From Tubulanus polymorphus (lineage: Eukaryota; Animalia; Nemertea): a stretch of DNA of 64,000 nt. The position numbers were made by a program, and so were the translations under genes. Below are positions 35,742 through 50,000 of the stretch, in pieces; position 1 is the first letter of the stretch, and every line of letters begins with the position of its first letter. The notes beneath the pieces were generated by a model. It saw only the letters and a program-made list of their open reading frames with translations, had not been told where the DNA came from and did not search any database. Location: positions 558,001 to 622,000 of the forward strand of contig NC_134032.1 of the NCBI RefSeq assembly GCF_964204645.1. Direction: 5' to 3'.

Positions 35742-38591
35742 ATGGGTTTATTAAAGGCAGCTTCGAGTAAACTATTCGCGATATTCCTCGCGCTGGTCGC
35801 CGTGTTCCGCCGGGCGATGTGCTTCCTCGGCAGACGCCGCAAGAACAGCGGCTCCCTCTTGCCGACGACCGTCAACAAATATCCGATTACGTCGCTCGGC
35901 AACGACGTTACGCAATCGGTGCCCGGAAACGAGGTACATACGAATCGGTCCCACCAGGTGGCGTTTATTCCGACTCAAGATTTAAATTGAAAATGCTTTT
36001 AAAGGTGCTCGAAAACTCCTTTCAGTGCTGACTAGTTAATACCCTATAGTGCTGGAGATAATTTGAAAATTCTAAAAAATTCCACCCTAGTGTGTTGAAT
36101 AACGGGAATACCACTATAGTGCGTCTACACCGCGGTGCGATGTATCGTTAGTTACTAATATTTCACTATGTTTGACAGGTGCTGCCATCTTTCAATAGAG
36201 ATAATTACTAATTACATTAATACACCACAGTGCAGTGTACTAGCGAAAACTGTCACTGATTTATACACCGCACTGCGGTGTAGACGCACTGAAAGGATTA
36301 ATTGAGAGAAATAGGCAATTAGAAATGTTTTTCTAGTTTGCAGTTGTACATAAGATTACCCCTATATCGGCGCAGTTTCAATTAGTTCAATGATATTTCA
36401 AAATGAATTGCAGGTTGAACTTGAAGATTGGAACAGCTGGGGTAATGATTCGATGCAAGGCAGTAGAGACAGCGGTGACATCATGACCACCTCCAATAGT
36501 CATTACAACAACGGAGGAGGATTCATATCAAAACACCAGGCGGCGCCAGCAGTCGCGCCAACCCCCGAAGAAGAAGCTGAATTAGATTATTTCCAAGGCA
36601 TGGAACCGAGTTATATAAAAACACAAAAAGTAAGTTCAGTCGAAACAACTTAATCCTTAATCCAATTTCATTTGGGTTTCAATCTTTATCCGGATATAGT
36701 TTATCGTCTACCTTTTTACTTGTAAATTATGTTTTGATTGAAAATAGAGATGATTTCTGTAATGTGACGACTTATGGTTGACATTGACACTGCTTGAGCA
36801 ACTAGTTGTACTCAGTTGCTCTCATATCTGTCGATGTGAGCGCTCCTTAATCATCAACACATGGTTGTAACTGACTAAAACAAGGCGATTTGTCACATGA
36901 TTCGAGATGCCCTGAGAATATTTGCTAGATTACACATCTCAGTTGCTGTTGATGTACGCGCTATGGACCTAGCGACTGGCATGAACCACGCAGTTGCTGG
37001 TTTTCATTAGATTTTCGATGTGCGCTCACTAGCAACTAGTTGTCTCCAGTTGCTTTGTCGATGTAAGCTAAGCGTTACACTCGATAGTAAATCGAATTAG
37101 AAATATAAATTGAAACTCAAAAGTAGCCGATCAACCCATTTCGACTTTGTACTCTGTGTTCTGAAGTCCTCGTTGTTGCTGTTATTTTTTCAGATTTTGA
37201 TAAAGAAAAGAGAAGAATTTGTGGGCAATTCAAATTCCATATCTTCACGTTTAGCAGTGAACGTTGGTGCTCTACAGGTCAGTACTAGTGACTCCCCCTA
37301 GTGAGACTAGTCAGTACTAGTGACGCCCCTAGTGAGACTAGTCTGTACTAGTGACTCCCCCTAGTGAGACTAGTCAGTACAGTGACGCCCCTAGTGAGAC
37401 GAGTCTGTACTAGTGACACCCCTATTGATACCCCTAGTGAGACTTGTCAGTTTTAGTGACACCCCGAGTGAGACAAGTCAGTTTTAGTGACTCCCCCTAG
37501 TGAGACTAGTCAGTACTAGTGATGCCCCTAGTGAGACTTGTCTGTACTAGTGACACCCCTATTGATACCCCTAGTGAGACTAGTCTGTACTAGTGACACC
37601 CCTATTGATACCCCTAGTGAGACTAGTCAGTTTTAGTGACACCCCGAGTGAGACTAGTCAGTTTTAGTGACTCCCCCTAGTGAGACTAGTCAGTACTAGT
37701 GACGCCCCTAGTGAGACTAGTCAGTACTAGTGACACCCCTATTGATACCCCTAGTGAAACTAGTCAGTTTTAGTGACGCCCCGAGTGAGACTAGTCAGTA
37801 TTATTGACACCCCTAGTGAGATTAGAGTGGGTTATTACATCCATTGATGAGAATCCAGTTATTTTGGAAAGTTTTGAAGACGCTCCGATGGATTGTCTTG
37901 ATATTTGGTTCATACATGTTCATGGACACATCTTCAGCCCGAAAACTGGCCCTATCAGATTCAAGATGGCCGACTGATGGACAAACCTGGGCTAAAATGA
38001 AACGGGATTTCTGATTATTATTTTTTTTTTAACACCCTCAACCCGCTAAGCATCACGCAGGGCATTATGAGCAGTTTTCTTTTTCCCAATGGGGGAGAGA
38101 CCGGAGAAGAACCTTCGACCAAGAAACTCTGTCGCCACCAGGGTTTGAACCCATAAACGCTGGATTGACGAGACCAGTGACCGGCAGCTGAAACCACTCG
38201 GCCGCTGCGTCTCTCCGGATTTCTGATTGGCTTACGATGACATCATCAGGCAGGGTTTCGTCCCGTTGTGAGTCTTGGTGCAATCAGGTTCAAATCCCCG
38301 CCGGGGGGGGGGGGGGTAGGGGAGGATGTGCTGGATGTAACAAACGGATTATCTGTGAATTGATCTATTTTGCAGGAATCCGAACTAGGCTCGTGGGAGG
38401 ATTCCGACAACGCGTGGGAGGCCGACATCTCCGACGATCTGACGTGGGAGGCGCAGGAAGCGATCAAAGAGAAACGCCGCCAGGAACGCGAGCGCCGCGC
38501 CGCCGAGCACCAACGCCGAAAATACGAACGCGATAACCAGCGCGCGAGCGGTCGCCGCGACGCCGCCGGCATCGGTATGAAACTATCGTGA
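35742..38591 (+). CDS. EBAG9: Receptor-binding cancer antigen RCAS1/EBAG9 ortholog (~235 aa, 4 coding exons)
   Basis: Exons 35742-35933, 36414-36629, 37194-37277 and 38376-38591, all GT-AG and phase 0. Motifs GRRRKNSGSLLPTTV, EDWNSW, DYFQGMEPSYIKTQKILIKKRE, SSRLA, NAWE, RERRAAEHQRRK and terminal IGMKLS parallel human EBAG9. Confidence 0.95.
36015..36300. mobile_element. MITE family with aaccctttcagtgc termini (also ~47017-47301, 49449-49640, 52606-52821)
   Basis: Shared gtgcgtctacaccgc.gtgc..gcactgcggtgtagacgcactgaaagg motifs in both orientations. Confidence 0.7.
37278..37820 (+). repeat. Intronic ~31-bp minisatellite (actagtgac.cccctagtgagactagtc)
   Basis: Tandem imperfect units starting at the EBAG9 exon 3 donor. 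Confidence 0.9.
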
Positions 38592-38982
38592 TACTCGTTA
38601 TCGGGGAATGTAGTCGGCGAGAGTTGGAAGAACGGTATCGCGCGAAACGTAGCGTATTAACACTTATCTGTTTCGTGTTTATTGCGTTTCGTTGTTTTTT
38701 TATGGCGAGGATTTTATAAACTCTGTTGAACTTCGAGCTCAGAACGCGTCGATTACGTGAATAAATTGTTTCAGTCCCGCACCATCGAATCCTATTGTTA
38801 TATTTTGCCGCCCGTTCTAAGGAGGCCCGGTATCATTCGATCGACTTTATTCGCGACAAATATTTCAAGGAATTGATATTCTCGTGTGTCACTATCTCAT
38901 TAGCGGTGTATGGACATTTTCTACCGTGTATCTTACACAATTATGTTGATTAAAAAACACAAGAAAACTAAAGTTCTACGGT

Positions 38983-39465
38983 TGGATCCAATTCCAGTTG
39001 TGTAGGTTTAATTTGAATGTGGATCCAGTTCCACAGTTGTGTGTAGGTTTAATTTGACTCTGGATCCAGTTCCACAGTTGTGTGTAGGTTTAATTTGACT
39101 CTGGATCCAGTTCCACAGTTGTGTGGGTTTAATTTGACTCTGGATCCAGTTCCACAGTTGTGTGGGTTTAATTTGACAGTGGATCCAATTCCACAGTTGC
39201 GTGGGTTTCAATTTAACTTTGGATCCAGTTCCACAGTTGTGTGGGTTTCAATTTAACTTTTGATCCAGTTCCACAGTTGTGAGGGTTTAATTTGACTGTG
39301 GATCCAGTTCCACAGTTGTGAGGGTTTAATTTGACTCTAGATCCAGTTCCACAGTTGTGTGGGTTTAATTTGACTCTGGATCCAGTTCCACAGTTGTGTG
39401 GGTTTAATTTGACTCTAGATCCAGTTCCACAGTTGTGTTTGTTTAATCTGACTCTGGTTCCAGTT
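38983..39465 (+). repeat. ~39-bp minisatellite (ggatccagttccacagttgtgtgggtttaatttgactct)
   Basis: About 12 tandem units. Confidence 0.9.
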
Positions 39466-42204
39466 GCGAGTTACCATTTGTCGACTCGACAATGAACAAC
39501 CCCGGTATGGTAAACGTATTTCAGAAAACCTAGCGAACATTTAGCAACTTTCATAATGTTTGTAAAGTTGATTCACTTGAATGTAGTAATTCTACTGGCT
39601 ACATGGGTTCGAATGCACTTCACAGGGATCCATAGTACAGGTAGTACTTACAAGGAACTACAAGTTCATTATCCTGTCCTATCCTAATTTACATGTTGTT
39701 TTCATGAAAAAAAAACTGAAAAGATAATGAATATTCCAGTAAACCAAGTGTAAAACGGATCAGTGTTATAGTTGTCAGAAATAAAGATATCAATAAAATC
39801 ATAACCTTTATTATTAAAACATTGCTTTGTTGTTTGATGCAGAGGCGCGCGGTTTCTAGTGTTAAGTTTCTTTACTTCATGGAAATGGTTATCAGTTTAA
39901 GAAGTTTGTCGTCAACTGGCGCTTCCCAGAGCTGAGGCAACAATGGATTTACTCGTAACTCTGATCACCTTCAGAACCACACCCTGCAGTAGGGTCCTGG
40001 GGCCGGTTGCATAGTCATGGCTTAGACTTAAGACCATTATAAGACCTACTTAGTTCTTAAGCCAATCTAACAACTTAAGACCAGTCTTAGAATTTAAGAT
40101 CATTTTTGGACTTAAATCTCAACTGAGGAACCGGTCTCAAAGGAATTAAGTGATGACATATTCTCGCTGCGAAAGATTTATCTTCGATCGCAAGCCCCCA
40201 GTAGAAGATTAGGGGTCCGGGGACACCACGCCCACTTGGGAAGCAGTTTGAAATGCTTGACAGAAAATTTCTAATATTCAACGCCCCCTGGCGAACATTT
40301 AGAGAAACAAATGACCTTGAAACTCAATTATAGAACATTTATCACAGGCTACAATTTCTTATTGCGTAGAAGCATAATACCGAGATTTGGGGGAGCTTAC
40401 TGTGGCAAGTGACTAATGAGAAATCTACGTGCGTAGCCGTGAGTGGAACAAAAAGTCTCAATTTTCATTTTCAAGAAAGGCGTTCATATTTTCAACTCGT
40501 TTAAACTTTAATACTAATATTATGAAATACTAACATAATTATTAATTATACAAACACTGATTGAATGATAACATAGTGTGTAAAACAAGTGCTTTCAAAT
40601 CTGAAAATAACAATACGTGCCATCTTCCTACTACCAATATTTCAAAAGATTTTTTAACAAAAACTAGACATAATCCATGTTTTTTTCTAGCACTTCTCGT
40701 AAAAAAACACCGCGGTTTATCACAGAAAATTATGATTAAGTCTCAATAATTCATGCCGTACTTTATCAGTTAAGGGAGCAGTTATTACGTATTCACGACA
40801 CGTCGCCAATGAATGCTCCCTTATTTCAACAATCTCGCGGCTAAATATCAAAATGCTCCAATTATAAATAAACGATTAGGGATCATTCATTTATTATGTA
40901 CACATTAGGGGAGGGGGAGGGGTCAGTGCAATTGCCTACTGTAATGCTTAATGTATATGCAAAAAAGGGATTTTGCGTACAGAGGGGGAGGGGGGTTGAA
41001 AAATTCAAATTTTATGCGTACGTAATAAATGAATGATCCCTTACTATAAACAGTTCAAAACATTTTCATTATGCAAACATCGAAAAAATAAATTAAAATC
41101 TGTATCAAACGGATACTAATAAAATTCACATTAAAGCAGCCTACACGTTCCGTAGCGATAATCAGATTATTATGTGCCTCGCAAAAAATGGGGTTAACTA
41201 CTGAATAAACGGTATAAACCCCTGAACTAATACGGGTACCCGATTGACGGGACGATCTCCCTCAACCCTGAATGATCTGAGTTTCAGCGTGTCTGAATTT
41301 AAGGAGGCTTAAAAAGAATCAACAGAAATTCGAATATGAAAAATCGACGAAAATAATATCGCGCAAAAAAAAAACAAGCTTTTAACATTTAGTGAAATAT
41401 TCACTGATGCCTCATCAGTATTTTACTGGTCAAGTACGAGCGCGGAAACAGACTATCGCACCGTGCAGCACGTGCGGTAGTCGCAGTTTTCAAATGCCCT
41501 TGAAATTCGCGATAAAAAGAATGAAAGGGCACACAATTTGTGAGCCATAAACAATAACTGCCTTTCTGTACTAGGCTTAAGCGAAAAATGAGTGAAAATA
41601 AATTGCCCAAAATCATAAAAGGCAATCTAAGGCAATGTCCTTTGCTCAAAAGGGCACTATTCCAAAAAGACATTATTGTCGCTCTATAAATTTAATTGAA
41701 AAAGGGCAAATTTTGCCAAAAAAATCTCAAAAAGACACAAGCGAAATAAATTTACTGGCATGATACCAAAAAATGGCACTCTAACTCAAACTCGCTCGCT
41801 GGGCATTAATACTGGCCCTTTTCAAAGTTGGTGCCCTTTTTTCACTGAGCTGTAGTCACTGAATGGTCCTGGATCCATGCCTGTAAAAGAGAGCCATCCC
41901 GCTCAAAGATTCAAAACAAACGACATAATGATTTTACATTTCGTCAATTAAAATGTTTCTATCCATGTTCACTTGGAGATACGCAGAGATAACACATGAA
42001 AATCCCACTGATAAAAATATCAATCTTCAGACATTCCTGGTGCATGATAAAACTGTATGTATTGTCTTTTAATGTCTTTTGGACTAGTTCCACAGTTGTG
42101 TGGATTTAACCCAATCCATGGTTGTGTGGATTTGATTTAACCAAGTTCCACAGTTTACTGAATGTCCTTTTTTGCATTCATGTCCCACAGCAACCTAACT
42201 ATTT

Positions 42205-42755
42205 ACATCAGGTGACCAGCTCTTGACCAGGTTAGCAGGTTGGAACTATTGTCATGTGTCAGGTGACCAGCTCTGGCTAATCACAAGCTAGGGTTAGGGT
42301 TAGTGACCATGTGCTTGGGGCTATTTGCATATATCAGGTGACCAGCGGCAGCCAATCAGAAGCTAGGGTTAGGGTTAATGACCATGTGTTTGAGGCAATT
42401 TGCATATATCAGGTGACCAGCTCCAGCCAATCACAAGCTAGGGTTAGGGTTAGTGACCATGTGCTTGGGGCTATTTGCATATATCAGGTGACCAGCTGCA
42501 GCCAATCAGAAGCTAGGGTTAGGGTTAGTAACCATGTGCTTGGACTATTTGCATATATCAGGTGACCAGCTCCAGCCAATCACAAGCTAGGGTTAGGGTT
42601 AGTGACCATGTGCTTGTGGCTATTTGCATACATCAGGTGACCAGCTCAAGCCAATCACAAGCTAGGGTTAGGGTTAGTGATCATGTGCTTGGGGCTATTT
42701 GCATATATCAGGTGACCAGCTGCAGCCAATCAGAAGCTAGGGTTAGGGTTAGCTG
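42205..42755 (+). repeat. 75-bp minisatellite x7
   Basis: caggtgaccagc..ccaatca..gctagggttagggttagtgaccatgtgct..atttgcatatat; units at 42260, 42335, 42410 and onward. Confidence 0.9.
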
Positions 42756-43226
42756 TTTCTAGGTGGGAGGAGATGTATGTTTACATACAGTGAAATCAGT
42801 TCATTGACAGCTCCCCCTATAGTTAGTCAATTACACATCTACAATTGTGTGGGTTTAATTTGACTCTGGATCCAGTTCCACAGTTGTGTTGGTCTGATTT
42901 GACTCAGTGGTCTGGGTTTAATTTGACTCTGGACCCAGTTCCACAATTGCGTGGGTTTAATTTGACCGTGGATGAGGGGAGATACAAGGTCGAGGCTGAG
43001 GGGGTGCAAGGTCAAGGCTGAGGGGGTGCAAGGTCAAGGCTGAGGGGGTGCAAGGTCAAGGCTGAGGGGTTGCAGATAGAAATAAAAGAAGCAGAGTTGA
43101 AACATTCTTTTTTTTTTTCAAACCAAAGTTTTTTTTCAGTACACGAAGAGAAAGAACATTAGACGACATTGAATAAAGGCCCAGGCTGGCTTCGTAGATC
43201 CCGGATTTTAAAAGCGCGGTCCCGAT

Positions 43227-46200
43227 CTATTTCCGTTGCGTTGAATTGCGAAGATTAGCGGGAGCGGTCTGGGGTCGTTGAACGACGGGTCGTCGCACCG
43301 CGGGGAACTGTTGTCCGATCCACTCCTCGTATTCGTCCGGCGACATTTCGACGACGCGTTCGCGACAGAACTCGATCGCGGCGCTGACGTCCGGTGAACA
43401 GATCTCCCACTCCCTCAATCCTGATAAAACGCGCAGAAACTTATACGTGCTGTGCTTGCTACTCTCAACCTGTTACAGAAAACGTAAAATAAAACGTATT
43501 CAAGTTTGCCGTTACTAAATATTTGATGCTTGAACTGGGGCCAGTTGCACAGTCGTGACTTAAGTCCAAAAGTGATCTTAAATCTTAAGACTGGTCCTAA
43601 GTTGTTAGATTAGCTTTAGAACTAAGTTGGTCTTAGACTGGTCTTAAGTCTAAGTCATGGCTATGCAACCAGCCCCTGGTGTATACTAGTCACTATCTTA
43701 CCATGCCGTGTTTGGATAGTTTGGTAAGAATCTCGTGAAAGTACCAAATACTAGTGATGTCATCGGTGAGGCTTTGCAGTATATCTGAATACCTGAAAAT
43801 AATAATATTATCATCAAGTTTTTGAGTTTGTAATTAACAGCAAGCCCTCAGAAACATGTTTCATATTTCTGTTCAAATTAATCAGTAATCAACGGTAAGA
43901 CCCTCAGTAACATCTTTCATATTTCTGTACAAATTAATCAGTAATCGACAGTAAGACCCTCAGTAACATCTTTCATATTTCTGTTCAAATTAATCAGTAA
44001 TCAACGGTAAGACCCTCAGTAACATGTTTCATATTTCTGTACAAATTAATCAGTAATCGACAGTAAGACCCTCAGTAACATCTTTCATATTTCTGTTCAA
44101 ATTAATCAGTAATCAACAGTAAGACCTGCAGTAACATCTTTCATATTTCTGTTCAAATTAATCAGTAATCAACGGTAAGACCCTCAGTAACATGTTTCAT
44201 ATTTCTGTTCAAATTAATCAGTAATCGACGGTAAAACCCTCAGTAACATCTTTCATATTTCTGTTCAAATTAATCAGTTATCAACAGTAAGACCCTCAGT
44301 AACATCTTTCATATTTCTGTTCAAATTATTCAGTAATCAACAGTAAAACCCTCAGTAACATCTTTCATATTTCTGTGAGCATCAAACAAATCAAATCAGT
44401 ATTTCTCAAGTAACAAATACTGAAAATCAGCAACAGTTGCCAGCTCTTCTTGTAGCATCTTCTCGCAGACACTATACACTATTCTAATGCGCGGGCGTGC
44501 GTAGTTCATTTTGGTCATTTATTTCAATGGAAAAATATGTCTGGGAAAAAGTTCCGAACGCTCGAAAACTGCGTGATTGAGCAGATACAAGAAGAATGAG
44601 TGATAAATAATCAAATGCCTGAGTGGCTATACGGGCTGTAGACCGAGGGGAGGTGTCGGGCTGTGGACCGAGGGGATATACGGGCTGTGGACCGAGGGGA
44701 GGTGTCGGGCTGTGGACCGAGGGGCCGTGTCGAGTCGATACGTACCACTGCGTGTGACCCGAAGTTCGGCGCATTTTCTCCTGCGGTTTTTCGTCCTGGA
44801 TACTTTTCGTTCGCATGTATTCGATCGCTCGGTGGAAACTGCGTCTCATCGGCAAATGACTGAATTTATTCTGACAAACTCTCAATCTCTGCCTGGAAAT
44901 AGACGCGATCAGAGTGAGTGGGGCTCCAGCTTATAGAGCGCTTCAAGTAGAAGCTCGAATGTCTCTTCTTTTCTCTACAGAGATGACTAATGTCTATTTC
45001 AACTTTGTTTGGGAGGACATCAGGTGGCCTAGCCCAGTCAGTTTGAGTAGCACATACCCGATGAAGCCACGTGAAGTCGTCTCTAAGCAAATTCGAAACA
45101 AGACATTTAGTAGCGCGCAGATTTTACCGCTCCCCGGGAATACAAGACTTACCTCTCCATGTGTTCGAGCATCTCGTGAAGATCAATCGCTCGTTCTTCG
45201 CCGACTTCCGAAAACTTCTGTCTCATTTCGGCCAACAGTCGACACCGCTGCGTGCTGGGCAACGAATTCTGAAAATCCACTAACGCCGGCGAGCTGAAGA
45301 GGTAAAAAGGGAATTTTTCTTCATTTTCATAATTCTAATAGGCCCTATGTCCTGAGATAGTATAAAGCGGTATCGCCTACGCGACTGTACTATTTGTTAT
45401 CGGAAGCCATCTTATTTGCCATCTTATTTGTGTAGTTCTGGTGATGATGATGTTCCGGTGCCGAGACATACGCAATTGTTTATTCAATAAAATTCATTTC
45501 ATTTCGTTTGTATAATTTGCTGTCCTAGTAACGTTTATTTGAGGAAACGACTGTTTTTCAACCCGCACTCGCCGTCACTACTCCGCAGTTAACGAACTAA
45601 TACAGGGATAATCAGGCTCAATAACGGATCGCTAATGGGACCGTTCATTAAATGACTTCACGCAATGACGATAAAACATGTATTCCAGTCGTGTTAATAT
45701 CACACTATGTGCGGTTAACATGGAAGTAAAGTTTCGCATTTTGAACCCACATTTTCGCCAGATGCAACGTTACCTTATCAGGGTGCGACCTAAGCACTTG
45801 TCCGATTGCCCGGGACAAGTATATTATCATTAGGGCAAGTAGGTTATCATGATGGCCAGTACATTATCATTAGGGCAAGTATATTATCATTAGGGCAAGT
45901 ATATTATCATTAGGGCGAGCACACTATGATTAGGACAAGCATATTCTCATCAGGGTAAGTAGGTTATCATTATCACTTGTCCGCCGGGCTAGTGCAATTT
46001 TATGTCACAAAACTTTTTTCCCACTCGATACAACGGATGATAGCGCCACCAATCGGACTGCCTGTGTAGGGCAAGTATTTTTTGGAGGCAAAATTTCAGA
46101 TATGCTTGCCCCCCGAGCAAGTGGCTTAAAATTAGATTCATGTTTAGCGCATTTAAAGCAATAAATCGTTATATCATACGCCTCGAGTGGTATCAGTAAT

Positions 46201-46926
46201 CGCACTAGTAGCAATGAATATCAACCTTTCCTACTTTAGTCCCAAGTGGGCTGAAAACTTGTCATTTAAGAAAGTTTGAGATATAAGGATGCTATTACGG
46301 CAGTAGCAGGCACGCGTTTAGGCATCTATAGTGAATATGCCGATAGCTGCTGAAATCAGGCCTGTTTAGAAACTCCCTCCAATGTTACGAGATAATTTTC
46401 AGTAATAAATGTATTCAGGAGCATGCAGTAGCAAATACCTTTTAAGCCAGAGTTCCAGTTCAGAGCTTAGAACTGCGTATAAAAATCTGGTATCGTATGA
46501 CCGCGTGATGAACCGGAATAATCGCAATGACAAACCGATCTCCGCGCTATATGTATGAACATCGACGTACACCTATGTTCATACAAAATCCATTGAAGCG
46601 TCTTCAAAAATTCCCATGAAAATTTTAAAACAAAAAGGCTGTCCGTACATAGGTGTCTTCTTAGATGATACGATTCGAAAAATCTTTAAATATGCGGATT
46701 TCAGCGAACATATATGACAAGACACTCAATCCTCATTGTCTCTCTCCACCCAAGAGTAAATGGGTACCTGTGACTCCTGAGCGCTTGTTAGCAGCTTGGA
46801 TGTTACATCAACCCAGCAAGAGATGACTGATACATGTTACTAAATGGCTGGGGTAATAATACCGAAAATTGTTAAGCGCTCTGAGCAGCTTTGCTGTATT
46901 CAGCACTATATGAAACATTATTATTA

Positions 46927-47015
<89 letters not shown>

Positions 47016-50000
47016 AACCCGTTCAGTGCGTCTACACCGCAGTGCCGTGTATGAATTGGTGATGGATTTTGCTAGTACAACGCATTGTGGTGTATTGATG
47101 TAATTAGTTTTGATCTCTATTGAGAGATGGCAGCACCTGTCAAACATAGTGAAATACTAGTAACTAACGATACACTGCGCCGCGGTGTAGACGCACTATA
47201 GTGGTATTCCCGTTATTCAACACACTAGGGCGGAATTTTTCAAAATTTTCAAATTATCTCCAGCACGATAGGGTATTAATTAGTCAGCACTGAAAGGGTT
47301 AATATCATTATTATTATAATTATTTTAGTTGTGAATTCATAGTATCATGGCCTGACCCTCTCTATAGTGAACACTTTTTGCTCGGTCCCTCAGTCCTTCG
47401 ACTATAAAGGGCTTTTTATGTATATGAAAGTACATAAATTGTCACTACGTACCTTTTCGGACGGACTGGCGTTCCTCTCGAGTTACGCGAGGATAAACGT
47501 ACGTCTTGCGTCGCGCGAGGTCCTCCGTCGTTGAGGATATCAATTCCATGCTTTAACAATACAAACAACAAACTCACACAAACACGTATGTATAAAAACA
47601 ACAAATGACAACGCGACGAAATAAACAAACATCCCACATTCGAGTCCAGCAGATTATCACTTTAGTGTTAACATGTTCGGGATGACAACCCCCCCTGGTG
47701 GTACGGATACATTTCGCGCAATTGCTTTATCAATATCAACAAGGTCTAAATTCACGAAAAGGGTTTTTGTTCTTTAACAGGGTTCCTACAGATCAGTGAT
47801 TCCTGGATATACAGGGTTCCTACAGATCAGTGATTCCTGGATATACAGGGTTCCTACAGATCAGTCATTCCTGGATATACAGGGTTCCTACAGATCAGTG
47901 ATTCCTGGATATACAGGGTCCCTACAGATCAGTGATTCCTGGATATACAGGGTTCCTACAGATCAGTCATTCCTGGATATACAGGGTTCCTACAGATCAG
48001 TCATTCCTGGATATACAGGGTTCCTACAGATCAGTGATTCCTGGATATACAGGGTTCCTACAGATCAGTGATTCCTGGATATACAGGGTTCCTACAGATC
48101 AGTCATTCCTGGATATACAGGGTTCCTACAGATCAGTGATTCCTGGATATACAGGGTCCCTACAGATCAGTGATTCCTGGATATACAGGGTTCCTACAGA
48201 TCAGTCATTCCTGGATATACAGGGTTCCTACAGATCAGTCATTCCTGGATATACAGGGTTCCTACAGATCAGTCATTCCTGGATATACAGGGTCCCTACA
48301 GATCAGTGATTCCTGGATATACGGGGTTCCTACAGATCAGTCATTCCTGGATATAAGGAGTCTTTTAAAGGAGAAAATTTCATATTTCAAAGAAGCGTCT
48401 GCATCACTTTCGTGTCCCAATTACTGCAGACTCCTCCTAAATCGGTACAGTTTATCTCAGTAAACCGGTAATTTGGTGGTTTTGTAAGCTAATCTTCATC
48501 CTTTCTTATTCGGTAACCGCCTAAAATGATTCAGGTCTCAACTGTACTTATTAAGGGGTAGTTTACTGTACGACTAAAGTATCTAATCACCTATCTTTAA
48601 AAATTGAAAGGAGTTTCGGACATTTTGTTCGAATATTAAAAGGAGTTTCAAGCACTTTTAAAAGCGATTTCCATCTAGAATGAGTATTCACTGAATCAAG
48701 GTTTCAAGCTTACCGAAGATGAACGTCGAGATGATAATTTACGATGAGGTTTCGGAGTTTGAGACTCGCGGCCGCATTTCCTACCGCTGTTCGGTTTATC
48801 CGCGGTGTCGTCTGTTTTAATGCTGCCCGTGTCGGCGGCGGCGGCCATATTGTTCATTGATGCATAATATTCGTCAAGAAAACCGAATATACCTAAATTA
48901 TAAACATGTAATAATCAGGATCCAGTTCCACAGTTGTGAGTTAGAGTTAACTGTGAACTCAGGATCCAGTTCCACAGTTGTGAGTTAGAGTTAACTCTGA
49001 ACTCAGGATCCAGTTCCACAGTTGTGAGTAAGAGTTAACTGTGAACTCAGGATCCAGTTCCACAGTTGTGAGTTAGAGTTAACTCTGAACTCAGGATCCA
49101 GTTCCACAGTTGTGAGTTAGAGTTAACTCTGAACTCAGGATCCAGTTCCACAGTTGTGAGTTAGAGTTAACTCTGAACTCAGGATCCAGTTCCACAGTTG
49201 TGAGTTAGAGTTAACACTGAACTCAGGATCCAGTTCCACAGTTGTGAGTAAGAGTTAACTGTGAACTCAGGATCCAGTTCCACAGTTGTGAGTTAGAGTT
49301 AACTCTGAACTCAGGATCCAGTTCCACAGTTGTGAGTTAGAGTTAACTCTGAGTTCAAGTTAGTTTATTTCCAATGAGTTAAATATGAAAGTCAAATCTC
49401 AACTCCGAACTGTGGAACCGGACCCAGGGGATAAATTTGAGGGTATTTTAACCCATTCAGTGCCGACTATTTGATAACCCTAAACTGCTGGAGACAATAT
49501 GGAAATTTCTAAAATTCCACCTTAGTGTGTTGTGTAACAGGCATACCGCTATAGCGTGTCTACACCGCAGTGCGATGTGTGCGCGAAGTCAACCGGCGAT
49601 TCATACACTGCACTGTGGTGTAGATGCACCGAAAGGATTCACGCAAATTGATAATTGACATGGCATCGTTAGCGTAGAACACAGGGGTATATAGGGTTTA
49701 GCGCCTGACATCACCAAATTCAACAGTTTTCCAAAATGGCCAAATGGTTTCGAAAATATTTCCCTGATTTGAGGAAAATCTTTTAAATTCCCAAATATTT
49801 CCAAACTGGGAATTATTAGTTCAAAACTGCCAAGTTTTTCCCGATTTCCCAGTTCTGTGGGAACCATGAAGAATACCGGGTCGAATCTTTGAGCTACGGT
49901 GACAAACCCCTGCGATTTAAAACCATCAACCCGTACTCTGAGTAAATCTACCTGTGTCCCGTACTCTGAGTAAATCTACCTGTGTTAGCTATCTCTTCAT

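Noticed and set aside
38065-38200. tRNA gene on the minus strand
   Set aside because: A/B-box-like head only, with no convincing cloverleaf; more likely a SINE remnant.
42205-42755. Telomere or interstitial telomeric array
   Set aside because: Only about two TTAGGG-like units per 75-bp repeat.
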